Of a stretch of 64,000 nt of DNA, positions 9,729 to 21,004 are shown piece after piece; within the stretch, counting starts at the first letter, position 1, and each line of letters starts with the position of its first letter. The position numbers were made by a program, and so were the translations under genes. The DNA comes from Candidatus Heimdallarchaeum endolithica (GTDB taxonomy: Archaea > Asgardarchaeota > Heimdallarchaeia > Heimdallarchaeales > Heimdallarchaeaceae): assembly GCA_021513715.1 (NCBI GenBank), contig CP084167.1, forward strand, positions 768,001 to 832,000, given 5' to 3'. The notes beneath the pieces were generated by a model. The model did no database searches. It saw only the letters and a list, made by a program, of their open reading frames with translations, and was not told the DNA's origin.

Positions 9729-11102
9729 ATGAGTCTAGAAGAACAAAAAAATCAAGTTTTGGAACTAACAGAAATAGCGCTTGAAAAAGCCAGAGCTCTT
9801 AATTGCGGTGCTTCAATAAATGTGAGTGTAGGAAAAGAGTATGCTACACGTTTCTCAAATAGTGAAATATTACAGAACTATGTAGATTTAAGAAGAATAA
9901 TGGAGATAACAGTAGTTTATAAAGACAAACAACGTGCTGCTTCAACTACAAACACTTTCACAAAAGAAAATATAGTCAATCTTGTTGAGTTTTTAGCTAA
10001 AGTTGCTAAATCTGTTTCACCAGACCCTGCTTACCCAGGAATAGTTAAAGAAAAACATAATTATCCTAGTTTAAAGTTAAATGACCCTAAAGCATCACGA
10101 GTTGACCCTGATTACATTGCAGATAGAATTGATGCAACTATTAATGCTGGTGAATCAATTGATAAGAGGATAGGAGGAGTATCTGGAAACTTACTTTTCT
10201 CTGATGGTTTTGAATATCACAAGTCTACTGCAGGAAACGAGCTTTTTTATCCTTCTACAGTAATTGAATCAACAATCAATATTAACGCTCTCAGTGGTGG
10301 AGAAGAAAGTAGATCAAACAGTATTTTTGGGAACAGATTCTTTGATAAATTGCCACTAGAAAAAGAAGCAGAAGAAGTAGCAGAAAGAGCTTTAAGAGGA
10401 TTAAACGCCCAATCTATTGAACCGGGCAATTATGAAGTAATACTAGACCACCAAGCAGTAAGTACAATACTATTTTTTGTAGGATATGCAACTTCTTCAA
10501 GATTGATAATTAACAGAGCAAGTTTCCTAAATGATAGAATCGGACAACAAGTTTTTGATGAAGATCTATCTCTCATTAATGACCCGCATAACCCTGAACA
10601 TCTATCAGCTAGGCCAATTGACGACGAGGGATTACCTACAACTAAGTTTCCAGTGATAGAAGAAGGAATTCTTAAGAATTACTCATATTCAAGACTAGAC
10701 GCAGCAAGATTAGGAGCAAAAGCACAAGGAACTGGTTTTTCATTTATGGGTAACGCAATAGGATTTCCATTTGCTGAAACAATTCAACCTGGAGACATGA
10801 AAGTAGAAGAAATGATTGCAGATATTAAAAATGGCTTATTAGTAACTAATTTGCACTATACAAACTTTGTAAACCCACCTGTTGGAAGTATAACAGGAAT
10901 GAGTAAAGATGGATTATTCATAATTAAAAATGGAGAAATCGTTGGTTCTGCAAAAAACATGCGTTTTACTGACACAATCCCAAACATACTCAAAGAAATT
11001 GATGTAGGAAAAGAACTTAAACAACCAGGAGGAAGGTTTGCAAATATAGTTGCACCTATCAGAACTAAAAACTTTAGATTCACAAGTAAAACATCACACT
11101 AG
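9729..11102 (+). CDS. tldE: TldE/PmbA family protein
   Basis: Follows tldD. Motifs TRFSNSEI, DDEG and G..TG..DG.F.I.NGEI. It lacks HExxGH, as expected. GTG at 9720 is an alternative start. Confidence 0.85.
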   Translation: MSLEEQKNQVLELTEIALEKARALNCGASINVSVGKEYATRFSNSEILQNYVDLRRIMEITVVYKDKQRAASTTNTFTKENIVNLVEFLAKVAKSVSPDPAYPGIVKEKHNYPSLKLNDPKASRVDPDYIADRIDATINAGESIDKRIGGVSGNLLFSDGFEYHKSTAGNELFYPSTVIESTININALSGGEESRSNSIFGNRFFDKLPLEKEAEEVAERALRGLNAQSIEPGNYEVILDHQAVSTILFFVGYATSSRLIINRASFLNDRIGQQVFDEDLSLINDPHNPEHLSARPIDDEGLPTTKFPVIEEGILKNYSYSRLDAARLGAKAQGTGFSFMGNAIGFPFAETIQPGDMKVEEMIADIKNGLLVTNLHYTNFVNPPVGSITGMSKDGLFIIKNGEIVGSAKNMRFTDTIPNILKEIDVGKELKQPGGRFANIVAPIRTKNFRFTSKTSH

Positions 11103-12106
11103 TTTTTTTCTATTTTTATTTCATTTTTATTTAAAAAATTAAAAAAAAATAAGTTTTTTCAGCTTTTCAAACACTGGGAAATAATCTTATTCTTCTTCTA
11201 AGTATACTTGTTTGATTGTTTTCTCCTCTTCAGCAATTAAATGCTGTATTTTTTCATAGGGTGGAATAGTAAATATTGCTCCTTTTATTTTCTCTTTTTT
11301 CGTCCAATTATCTAATATTTCAATTAGATAATCTATTTCTGTTCTTACGATCTCTTTTGTCTTTAAGAGACCATAGACTTCAAATTCATAAATAATAAAT
11401 CTATCTCTTTTAGAATCGACTGTTCCATCTTCTAACATACTGGACTGACGTTTTACAACATTCGGAATCAGAAGTAAACCTTCAACATTTTTATTATGTT
11501 CAGTGCATAGAACAACTGCTTCTATGGGGATATTTGACGAAATACGCAGATTTTCTACACTTGTAACTAATGACTCAAATTGTATATTCTTACACAATTC
11601 TGCTAGTTTTTCTGCTTTGACGGTTATAGTATGTTCAGGTCCTAAGTGAAATTTATCGAACTGTAAATAATTAAGCATTGGAGCATTATCGAAAATATAC
11701 TCAAACTGGAAGAGAATATGATCTATTTCACCATCTAATTCACATCTAGGGCCTAATGTTGTTTTGTTGACAACTTTAAATCCATAAGGAGTAAGAATTT
11801 GTGTTATTTTTTCTAGTTCCTCTTCTTTGATAGGCATAAATCCTTTTACAAATTGCGCAAAATCATGTCGTTCTTGCTCATTTTCAAAAATAATTACTTT
11901 TCTAGAAAGTTTTTCTTTAGGTTTTTCTGTTGGAATGTATAGAGCAAATTTATATTTTAAACTCTCAATAATTTCATAAATTTTTGAACTATATGTTCTG
12001 TTATAGTATCTTTCTAATCCTTTTATAGCTAAAATAACAACTTTCTTTTGATAGTCACGTTCAAAGAATGAAGCAAGGTTTAAAATTGTTTCTTCTAAGT
12101 ATTCAT

Positions 12107-12869
12107 GGTAGTGTCTAGTTTTCTTCCGACAAAAATATTTGTGGGGACTCTAATAGTAAGATATGAAAACACAAAAACTATCTGCTCTTTTTAAGAGATG
12201 CAGAGTCCCCAAGAAAATAATAATAAAAGCTATTTATGAATATATTGGTTCAAAGAATGGGTTGAGGACAGTAGCATGGAAGAATGGTTTAACGCATCAA
12301 ACATTATGGTATTGGGTAAAGAAGTTCAGGCTCTTTAGGGAAAGTTTACATAGAGTTGTAGCAGAGAGAGGGGGAATACCAGAGATTATAGTAGTTGATG
12401 AAACAGAGATTAGGACCTCTCAAGGCTCAATATATCTGTGGTTCGCGTTAGATCCTTACAACAAGACTTTACTGGGTTTTAGTATTACTAAAGGACGGAG
12501 TAATCTTGAATGTTTACTAACTTTCCGTTATTGGTTCAAATGTTGGGGTTTTAAGCCCCGTATTATCGTTACAGATGCAGGGGTATGGTATCCTGTATTA
12601 CGTCGTCTAGGTATCAAAATCTCCGTTATCAAAGGTGGTTTACGCTCCTATATTGAACGTTTTAATGCTACTCTTAAGAGTTATCGTTGGTTTCATTCTA
12701 TTCTCCACTGCACTTGTCCTATCCGTGCCGTCTATGGTTCTACTCATCTTTCTGGTTTTCTTACTCTCTTTATGCTCCATTATAATTTCGTTCGTCCTCA
12801 TCAGAGCTTGGGACATCCTCCCCTTAGTTCCTTTTTACCTAGGAGGTGGTATAAAAACTAGACACTACC
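12107..12869 (+). mobile_element. IS6-family insertion sequence (763 bp)
   Basis: Perfect 16-bp TIRs GGTAGTGTCTAGTTTT (12107-12122, 12854-12869). Direct repeat AAGTATTCAT at 12097-12106 and 12870-12879, equivalent to an 8-bp AGTATTCA TSD with 17-bp TIRs. Confidence 0.95.
12163..12861 (+). CDS. IS6/IS240-type DDE transposase
   Basis: HTH (TLWYWV), VVDETE, YLWFALD, VTDAG, IERFN and HYNFVRPHQSL. 232 aa. Confidence 0.92.
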   Translation: MKTQKLSALFKRCRVPKKIIIKAIYEYIGSKNGLRTVAWKNGLTHQTLWYWVKKFRLFRESLHRVVAERGGIPEIIVVDETEIRTSQGSIYLWFALDPYNKTLLGFSITKGRSNLECLLTFRYWFKCWGFKPRIIVTDAGVWYPVLRRLGIKISVIKGGLRSYIERFNATLKSYRWFHSILHCTCPIRAVYGSTHLSGFLTLFMLHYNFVRPHQSLGHPPLSSFLPRRWYKN

Positions 12870-14371
12870 AAGTATTCATAGTCATAACTTGTAAGTGCAA
12901 TTAATTCTACTATTTGTGGGAAAAAGGTTTCATCAATTGAAAATCTAGGATTAGCTAAAACAGTTCGATTGATCAGAGTTCGTGTTAAATCTTTAATTTT
13001 TTCTCTATACTGGAAATTATCTGAAGTATTTGCTAAGCTCCAAATACCTGCTAAAATAAAATGAACTATATCAAAAGTTTGAGCAAAGTCAATTAATCTC
13101 CCCTCAAATTCAAATTCATTAATTTTCTCTAATAAACTTTCATTTATTTCAAAAAGAAAATCTTCGTCTAGTTTCGACGCAAAATCTGCAAGAAACTTTG
13201 AATAAAAAAGTAGAGAACCTGAAACAATAAATAGATTCTTACGTTTTATGAAATTTTGAATAAAGGATAAGACAGTTTTAAGTCCATTTTTTGCAAACGA
13301 AACAAAAACGGGTTTAGTTTCTTTGTCAGCTACTTCTCCTAAATGAAAAGCGAATGAAACCAATGCTGATGCATGAAGTTGAACAGCTTTAGGAATGAAT
13401 TCAACCTTGTACTGAAGTTGAGTTAATATAGTAGTAATTAAAACCATACTAAAGGAGTTGTTAACAACAGTTTCTAATAGAGCTGCACGAGAACCTACGA
13501 TTTTCTTATCTATGAAAGAACTTACTGTGTCAAGAATTTTAACTGTATAAAATTCCAAGAATTCACAAACTAAATCCCTAACATTACGTGATTTTGATTT
13601 ATCGCCAGAGTAAAGCAATATTTCTTCAGATGAAGCTCTCCCTAATTTTTTCCAAACAGCTACTGCAAGAATGGGAACCAATGGAATTATTTTAATGAGA
13701 GAAGTTATATCTTCTTCTCCATTTTCGATGTCAATTTTTTGAATAAGCTTGTAGAATTCATCAACTAGTTTTTCTAGGGATTTAACTTTTTTAATCCCAA
13801 AATAGGAAAAAACAGTCTTTGATGCATTTTTTGAGAGGAGATAGTCTAAAGTAGGATACCATTTCACAGTAGAAGCTAAAAAAAGGTGCCAGTAAGTAAA
13901 GTCAATAGGATACTTTTTTACTTCAAGTTTCTTTGCAGTTAGGATTATATCACTAACAATTTTTGAAAAATATGCATCTAGATGCTCATTTGTTTCTTCT
14001 TTAATTTCAAAATTATCAGAAAAGTTAGCGCTACAATTTAAACAACTAGTAGAAAAACTTTCGATTTTTTCTCCACATAAAGAACAAAATCTTTCAGGAC
14101 TAGCGAGAACAACCCCACAATTAGAACATAGTTGCCCTATTTCGAGTTTCTGATAGTTTGTTGAACCACAAGCTAAGCATTTTGAGACTCTATAAGCACT
14201 ATTCATAGAATTCAAGAATAGTGAAAGAGTTTGATATTTATACTTTACTAGTTTTTTTGCCATAAAATTGCAATTTACTCTCTATTTTTACTCCCTTAAG
14301 TTATATACTTTGTATTTCGCTTGTTTTCGCTTTAAAATTCTTTATATATCTTATTTAGTTTCTTTTTTCTA

Positions 14372-15457
14372 ATGGAGATAAACCGCCTTTATAAAATTGA
14401 TTGTATAAAAGGACTAAAACAATTAGAAGATTGTTCAATCGACCTTATTTTTGCAGATCCACCTTATAATCTACAATTGCGTAACGAACTTTATCGCCCT
14501 GATCAATCCAAAGTAGATGCGGTTAATGACAAATGGGATAAATTCTATTCTTTTGAAGAATACGACAATTTCTCTTTAAAATGGCTGAAAGAATGCAGAC
14601 GTGTGTTGAAACCCACAGGCTCTATATGGGTAATAGGGACTTATCATAATATTTTCAGGATAGGTAAAATTATGCAAGATTTAGGTTTTTGGATACTAAA
14701 CGACATAATTTGGGTAAAAACGAATCCTATGCCCAATTTTAAAGGAACAAGGTTCAATAACGCACATGAGACACTTATTTGGGCTGCTAAAGAAAAAAAT
14801 GCAAAACCAACTTTTCATTACAAATCAATGAAGATTATGAATGATAATAAACAAATGCGAAGTGATTGGTATTTACCTATTTGTATTGGTAATGAAAGGT
14901 TGAAAAATAATGGAAAAAAAGTTCATTCTACTCAAAAACCTGAATCTCTACTCTATCGTATAATTTTATCTTCTTCAAATATTGGAGATCTAGTTTTAGA
15001 CCCCTTTATGGGTACAGGAACAACTGCTGCTGTTGCTAAAAAATTGAGAAGAAAGTATATTGGTTTTGAGATTGATGATTATTACATTAGTGAAGCAGAA
15101 AAAAGAATTGCTAAAGTTTTAACTTTATCCGAAGATCTTCTAGATTACAAAATTGAAAAAAAACCTCCTAAACTATCCTTTGGTATGTTAATTGAGAACA
15201 AATACATCGATCCTGGGGATTTTCTTTATTCTAGAGATTTAAAACACAAAGCAATTGTTAAGGCTAATGCTTCAATTGAATATGAAGGAAAAGTGGGTTC
15301 TATTCATTCTATTAGTGCTTTTATTCTAAGAAAAAAAGCAAATAATGGTTGGGAATTCTGGTACTTAAAGAATAGTTCAGGTGAATTGATATCTATTGAC
15401 TCACTAAGAAAAAAATTCGCTGTTAATGAATGGGGTGAAGAATGGAATGTTGTCTAA
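14372..15457 (+). CDS. Beta-class N6-adenine DNA methyltransferase, CcrM/M.HinfI (GANTC) type
   Basis: [41 protein letters not shown] and DPFMGTGTT. The C-terminal GSIH...NGWEFW extension is typical of CcrM. Confidence 0.9.
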   Translation: MEINRLYKIDCIKGLKQLEDCSIDLIFADPPYNLQLRNELYRPDQSKVDAVNDKWDKFYSFEEYDNFSLKWLKECRRVLKPTGSIWVIGTYHNIFRIGKIMQDLGFWILNDIIWVKTNPMPNFKGTRFNNAHETLIWAAKEKNAKPTFHYKSMKIMNDNKQMRSDWYLPICIGNERLKNNGKKVHSTQKPESLLYRIILSSSNIGDLVLDPFMGTGTTAAVAKKLRRKYIGFEIDDYYISEAEKRIAKVLTLSEDLLDYKIEKKPPKLSFGMLIENKYIDPGDFLYSRDLKHKAIVKANASIEYEGKVGSIHSISAFILRKKANNGWEFWYLKNSSGELISIDSLRKKFAVNEWGEEWNVV

Positions 15458-15520
15458 AAGAATAACCTTCAAATCACATTAAATGGAAAAGGTTATCATT
15501 AATGAAATCCATTTAGTTTT

Positions 15521-16831
15521 ATGAAGTTATCCAAGGACAAAGTCAACTACCTTATTTTTGAAGGTGGAGGAGGAAAAGGTGTTACTTATATTGGTGCTTT
15601 AGAAGCTCTTGAAGAATTAGATATCCTCAGATACACTGAAAATAAAATAGGAGAAAAGGTTGTTACTCATCTTGCCCCAGATTGCTTGAAAGGAGTAGCT
15701 GGAACTTCAGTAGGTTCACTTTTTGCTTTACTTGTATCTTTAGGTTACAACTCAAAAGAAATAAGAGAGTTGTTAAAAAGCAATTTAACGGATGAGTTTC
15801 TAGATACTATCGAATTTGGTTTCATTCAATCTATTTATAGCCAGCTTAGTGAAAAATCTTTTGTTAAAGACCCACAACTAGAACTATCCACAAATTTCGT
15901 TGAGAATAAATGGACTTCTTTTCTTCAAAAACAAGAGAAATCATTCAAAGATTTGTTTTCTTATCCTCTAAAGATGATTAAACAGGCAAATTATTATATT
16001 CTCTCAATGTTCATTAAATTTCTTCTTTATTATGAATCAAGAAAAATAAAGAATGAAAAATCATATAACGAACCAGAATCTACTTTTATTCCCACATTAC
16101 GCGACTTTGTACAATCAAAAACTCTAAAAAATGCTATCGATAAAATTTTGGATAAACCAGCTGATGCACTTAATAGTCTTAAATATGAATTCGGTTTTTT
16201 CCTTGGTAATGGGGCAAGAGAAGTTATAGATAGGTTAATTGAAAAAAAAACAGGAATAAGAAACTGTACTTTTAATCAATTTTATAACTTTTTAGGAATA
16301 GATCTTGTTATTACTTCTTTTGATTTACAAGCAAAACAAGTTGAATACTTGAGAAAAGGTTCTAAATGGGGAAACATCTGTGTAGCTGATGCAGTAAGAA
16401 TGTCAATCTCTATTCCACTAGTCTTCAAACCTGTAGTTATTAACATGAAAGACAAGTTCATTCTTCCAATTACAAATGATGTTTCTTATGCTCATTATTT
16501 CATTGATGGGGGAGCAGCTAACAACTTCCCCCTTCATGTTTTTGACAATGGAGAAGATAAACTAAATCCCAACGTTCTAGGATTTACTCTAACATATAAG
16601 AGACAATATAATCCTTTTATTGAAGAAATTACTTTCTTTGAATATTTAGAAGATGTTTTCCTTTCAGTTCTTAAACAAACAACATACTTACAATTCAAAA
16701 ATAAAGAAGAAAAAGAACAAGTAATAGAACTTAATCCAGAGTACGTAAAAGTACTTGATTTTTCATTTGATGAAATCCCAGAGGATATTATTCAAAATGC
16801 AAAGAAGAAAACCTTAGAATATTTTAAATGA
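15521..16831 (+). CDS. Patatin-like phospholipase
   Basis: FEGGGGKG, GTSVG (GxSxG), AVRMSISIPLVFKP and DGG. Confidence 0.88.
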   Translation: MKLSKDKVNYLIFEGGGGKGVTYIGALEALEELDILRYTENKIGEKVVTHLAPDCLKGVAGTSVGSLFALLVSLGYNSKEIRELLKSNLTDEFLDTIEFGFIQSIYSQLSEKSFVKDPQLELSTNFVENKWTSFLQKQEKSFKDLFSYPLKMIKQANYYILSMFIKFLLYYESRKIKNEKSYNEPESTFIPTLRDFVQSKTLKNAIDKILDKPADALNSLKYEFGFFLGNGAREVIDRLIEKKTGIRNCTFNQFYNFLGIDLVITSFDLQAKQVEYLRKGSKWGNICVADAVRMSISIPLVFKPVVINMKDKFILPITNDVSYAHYFIDGGAANNFPLHVFDNGEDKLNPNVLGFTLTYKRQYNPFIEEITFFEYLEDVFLSVLKQTTYLQFKNKEEKEQVIELNPEYVKVLDFSFDEIPEDIIQNAKKKTLEYFK

Positions 16832-16848
16832 GTATTTTTTCTTTTTTT

Positions 16849-17525
16849 TCACAGATGAATTTGAATCTTGCACACGTCTCCTCCATTCATTACTGATTCT
16901 ATTACTTCTACTTTAACTGAACGCTGAAGAATTGTTTCCCAAATATTTTGGTAAAATCCTGCACCACAATAACAATAAATTTCAAGTAATTTTTTTCTTG
17001 ATTTATAAAAACATCTCTTATTCTAGGACAATGACAATAAATTTGCCTTTGTTTGTTTTTGTCTTCTTCTTCAAACCAATTTGTAATATAAGCGCTTTTT
17101 GGTATTTTTGTAGCTATTATACTATTGTCTTCCAAATTTCCAGCTAATCCCATTTTTCTTTGTAATATTTCTTTCTTGTATCTTTTTTTAATATTCAAAC
17201 TGAATAAAAACTGATCAAATTTTTCTCGCAATTTTTTATGTACAAGTTTAATATCTTTTGTTTTAGAGTATAATGTCTTTAAATCATCAAGATCGCTTTC
17301 AGGATAATGACAAGCACAACGTAGCATTATACGTTTCTGAGTTTCTTTATCAACAGTTTTGTGAAGTTTAATTAAAGCGTTTTCAGTCCATTTAAACACT
17401 TCTTCTCTACTTGAATATTCGGATAAATCGTCACTTCTGTCTAAAATATCTTTCTTTTTTTCTTCTGTAACTTCAGATTCGACACTTGTGGAGAACTTCT
17501 TGAACCAATATTTTTCAAAATCCAT
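16849..17525 (-). pseudogene. Cys-rich DUF6144-like protein with a frameshift in an A7 run at 16990-16996
   Basis: Removing one A continues ...NQEK into LLEIYCYCGAGFYQNIWETILQRSVKVEVIESVMNGGDVCKIQIHL*, the expected C-terminus. May be an assembly error. Confidence 0.7.
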
Positions 17526-18132
17526 GAAATAATCAATCTAAAAGATAATCAAGAAGAAGAGTAATAGAAGAATTCTCTTTATCTTTAAATAGTGAATTCA
17601 CTGTAGGTTAAGCATGGTTCTAGAAGATCCAGAGAAGGATAATATTATAGAAACAATCATCTTTAACACTTTTTATGCATTCAATTCATTCGAATAGTTT
17701 TCTCTTTAATAAAATAAAAGTTTTTTCTTAAACTAAAACAACTTTTGTTTTCCTTATTTTCTTCTTTATTTGGTGTTTACTTATAATGAAAGGGTGTGGA
17801 ATATACTTTTCTTTGTATATTTAAATTGATGTAACAGATTTCAAGTTCTGGCTTTTAGTCTGATTTATTATGATATCCTCAAATATTGTTACAATTTTAA
17901 TACAATTTTCCTTCCAAAAAATTAAAGCAATTTTTATAGTTCTAATCTCTCACTCATCAATTCTCATATTTTCTGGAATTTATACGTTTTTCTCTTAAAG
18001 AAAATGTAAAACGATATCAATTGCAATAAAATGATTTTTATCTTCTCCTTGATGCTTAACGTTCTCAGAATTCTATTATTGATATTTTTAAAAGAAAAAA
18101 AGAAAAGAATGGGTATGATTGAAAAGAGTTTG

Positions 18133-19539
18133 TCACTCTTTTTCAATGTATTTTAGTTTTAGTTTCCTAAAAACAAAACTACTTATGATAAAAATCAAAA
18201 TTGCCCACAAAACAACGAGAATAAAGTCAAAAAGTAAAATAGTGATGTCCCCATTTTTTCCTAATAACAAAGCATTTTTCATAACAAGGAACGCTGGTCT
18301 AACAGGAAATATATCTAACCAAGTAAAGTTTTTCTTCAAAAAAGTAAAAGCAGGTTTAACTTGAAAGAAATATTCTCCTACAAACATAGCAAGAATAGAA
18401 CTAGAAAGGACTAATATTGGAGTTGCAGTTCGAGGTTTAATGAAACTTGTCACAAGTAAGGAAACAGTTGCAGTGATGAAACCAAGAAAAACTAAGGTCA
18501 AAATAGTCATCAACCAAGCTAATGGACCAACAGAAAAACTGAAGAATCCGAGCACAGCAGAAACAGTAATCAAAAACAGACCTTGAAGTAAAGCAATAAC
18601 TCCCCAAGCGAGAATTATACTTCCTATATATCCTCCAGCAGTAAGATTAGTCAGTTTTAATCGTTTTAAAATTTCTTTTCGCTCTTCTATTTCTGTTAAC
18701 CAAATTATTGAGATTGAAGACATTAGTATGCTTTGTATAATTTGCCCTGGGACAATATTAGAAAGGTATTCCTTTCTAAAGTTTGTAACTAAGTCTCCTG
18801 TTCCAGAATCAACAACGATAATACTATAGGTTATAGAGTTTTGAGAAGAATCATTAATTGAAGAAGAAAAATTAAATGATAAGCTGAATTCATTCTTGAT
18901 AACTTTCCAAATCTTCTCAGTATAAGAAAGAGTTGTGTTTTGAATATAGTCGTTAATTACTTGCCAAAGAACAGAGTAAGAAGTCATAGCTGTGTCGATT
19001 GCTATATTACCGTAGAAAAGTAGAGATAAATTAGCTGTTTCTTGAAGATAAGATGAAAGAGAGTTGATAGCTGCAGAAATATTAGCTGATTCTGATTCAT
19101 AAGTATTAAATTGTCTCCCAAGGAAATTAACTAAAATAAGAGAACTGTAAAACTTTGATATATTAAGCATTTGTTCAGAAAAATCAAAAGGGACTACAAT
19201 CCCTCCATCTATTTTTCTGTTGTTGATATCATTTTCCAAAGAATCAACTTCTGTATAGTTATGTATCTCGAAAGTTTTAATTTTATTTTCTAAATAGTGC
19301 TTATTCAAGAAATCATAGAATACTTCATCAAACATTATTGTTTCGTTAATGATATTATCGCTAATTCCTAGATCTTCAGAAATGTATCCAATAGGAATAG
19401 TTGTCGTTTTTTGTACCCAGCTTGTACTCAGAAAACCAAATAAAATTAAGAAAAATAATGGAAAACCTATTACATAAAAGTAAAACTCTTTTTCTCTAAT
19501 TATTTGTTTTACTCTAATAATGGTAAGGTATAATATCAT
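18133..19539 (-). CDS. ABC-2 type exporter permease
   Basis: N-terminal TM helix, large external loop and C-terminal TM bundle (E.ERK..LKRL). Overlaps the ATPase gene by 4 nt. Confidence 0.85.
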   Translation of the reverse strand: MILYLTIIRVKQIIREKEFYFYVIGFPLFFLILFGFLSTSWVQKTTTIPIGYISEDLGISDNIINETIMFDEVFYDFLNKHYLENKIKTFEIHNYTEVDSLENDINNRKIDGGIVVPFDFSEQMLNISKFYSSLILVNFLGRQFNTYESESANISAAINSLSSYLQETANLSLLFYGNIAIDTAMTSYSVLWQVINDYIQNTTLSYTEKIWKVIKNEFSLSFNFSSSINDSSQNSITYSIIVVDSGTGDLVTNFRKEYLSNIVPGQIIQSILMSSISIIWLTEIEERKEILKRLKLTNLTAGGYIGSIILAWGVIALLQGLFLITVSAVLGFFSFSVGPLAWLMTILTLVFLGFITATVSLLVTSFIKPRTATPILVLSSSILAMFVGEYFFQVKPAFTFLKKNFTWLDIFPVRPAFLVMKNALLLGKNGDITILLFDFILVVLWAILIFIISSFVFRKLKLKYIEKE

Positions 19540-20516
19540 TTTCGCACCTCCAGTAAAAAATTAGAGTTGTTCCCATTCTTGTAAATTTTATTTGTAATAA
19601 AGAGAAAAGCTTCTTTTAGAGAACTTTTTTTGATGTTAATTTCATAGATGTCTTCGATAAATTTAGACGAAGAAATTACTTGCATAAGCTCTTGAACCTT
19701 TTCTCCTTTGAAGAAAAATGTTTGTTTAATTCGAATATAATCGGTTTTTTTGAGAGATTTGACTTCTTTATTAATGAAATCTTCGAATTCAGCATTTCTT
19801 TTTAAACATCCTACTTGTAGGACTTTATCTCCGATAAATTTATTAATTATATTCTCTATTTTTCCGAAAGCAACTACTTTGCCTTTGTCAATGATTAAAA
19901 CTTTTGAAGCTAGTGATTCTGCTACTTCCATTAAATGGGTGGTAAGAATAATAGTTATTCCTTCTTCTTTCAACTTTTTCAGATCTTCAGTTAATAAAGT
20001 TCTTGCTTCAATATCGAGTCCTGTAGTTGGTTCATCTAAGAATAGAAGTAATGGATCATTCATCAAAGACATAGCAATTGATAATTTCTTTTTCATACCT
20101 CCAGATAGTTTACTAGCAAGTTTATTTTGATGTTCAATCAAATTAAAATCAGTCAAAAATTTGTTTGCTTTTTCTTCAATTTGTGCTTTCTTTAATCCAT
20201 AAAGTTTTCCCATTAGAAAAATGTTCTCTTTTACTGTTAGATTGTCCCAAAGAAGATCTGCTTGTGGAACATAGCTGATACGTAATTTGTATTTACTCTC
20301 TAATAGCGACTCAACATTAATGTCAAAAATTCTAGCTGTTCCGCTATCTTGTTTAATTTGTCCTGTAAGAATCTTAAAGAGAGTTGTCTTTCCAGCACCG
20401 TTAGGTCCAATTAATGTAAACAATTCACCTTTTTTGACTTGGAAGGAAAGTTTACTTAGAATTGTTTTTCTGTTGTAAGTTTTTGTGAGATTTTTTACTT
20501 CTATAATATTTTCCAT
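19536..20516 (-). CDS. ABC-2 exporter ATP-binding protein
   Basis: GPNGAGKTT, LSGGM and LFLDEPTTGLD. Confidence 0.93.
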   Translation of the reverse strand: MENIIEVKNLTKTYNRKTILSKLSFQVKKGELFTLIGPNGAGKTTLFKILTGQIKQDSGTARIFDINVESLLESKYKLRISYVPQADLLWDNLTVKENIFLMGKLYGLKKAQIEEKANKFLTDFNLIEHQNKLASKLSGGMKKKLSIAMSLMNDPLLLFLDEPTTGLDIEARTLLTEDLKKLKEEGITIILTTHLMEVAESLASKVLIIDKGKVVAFGKIENIINKFIGDKVLQVGCLKRNAEFEDFINKEVKSLKKTDYIRIKQTFFFKGEKVQELMQVISSSKFIEDIYEINIKKSSLKEAFLFITNKIYKNGNNSNFLLEVRK

Positions 20517-20689
20517 TTTTATCTAAAAAAATCATTTAATCTAAATTATTTAAATATAACCGTATTAGGTGATGTTTATTTGATATAATTTATCAAGAGT
20601 GCTCTCATATGTTGAAAAAGAAAAAAAATTTGTTTTGAATATCTAAAAAATAAGATAATTTTTTAAAGAATGATAATTGTTTATTTCTA

Positions 20690-20941
20690 ATGAAGCCCCC
20701 AATTTGCGTTATATGTGGAAAGAGATTTTCACCAGGAACAGGAGATATTATCTATTTCAAAGAAACTGAAGAAGTTAAAGAATGGAATAAAAAAATGGAA
20801 AGAGAAGGAAGGGTTGGTCATCCAATAAATGCAGAATGGTTTTGTAATGAACATTTAGAGCAAGCTTCAAAACTCAGAGATTTACCTATTCAAGAAGCTA
20901 TGGCGAAGTTAAAGTTAATTTACTCTTCGAAGGAAAATTAA
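20690..20941 (+). CDS. Small putative zinc-binding protein
   Basis: CxxC at the N-terminus and WFCxxH, consistent with C3H ligation. Confidence 0.65.
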   Translation: MKPPICVICGKRFSPGTGDIIYFKETEEVKEWNKKMEREGRVGHPINAEWFCNEHLEQASKLRDLPIQEAMAKLKLIYSSKEN

Positions 20942-21004
20942 GAAAATCTTACTTTTCTTTCAAACTTCAAATAAAAATTTTCATTCACTAAATTAGTTTA
21001 TCTG

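Larger units (their letters stand above)
11187..14263 (-). pseudogene. ~767-aa protein with N-terminal double zinc ribbon, interrupted by the IS6 element
   Basis: Removing 12107-12869 plus one TSD copy joins ...SYDYEY to LEETILNLASFFER...VKGF-MPIKEEEL in one stop-free frame (2304 nt). The N-terminus has CLAC, CSNC, CSLC and CLNC. Confidence 0.9.

Noticed and set aside
17530-18130. Short ORFs and possible gene relic in an AT-rich spacer
   Set aside because: Multiple stops in all frames and no recognisable motif.
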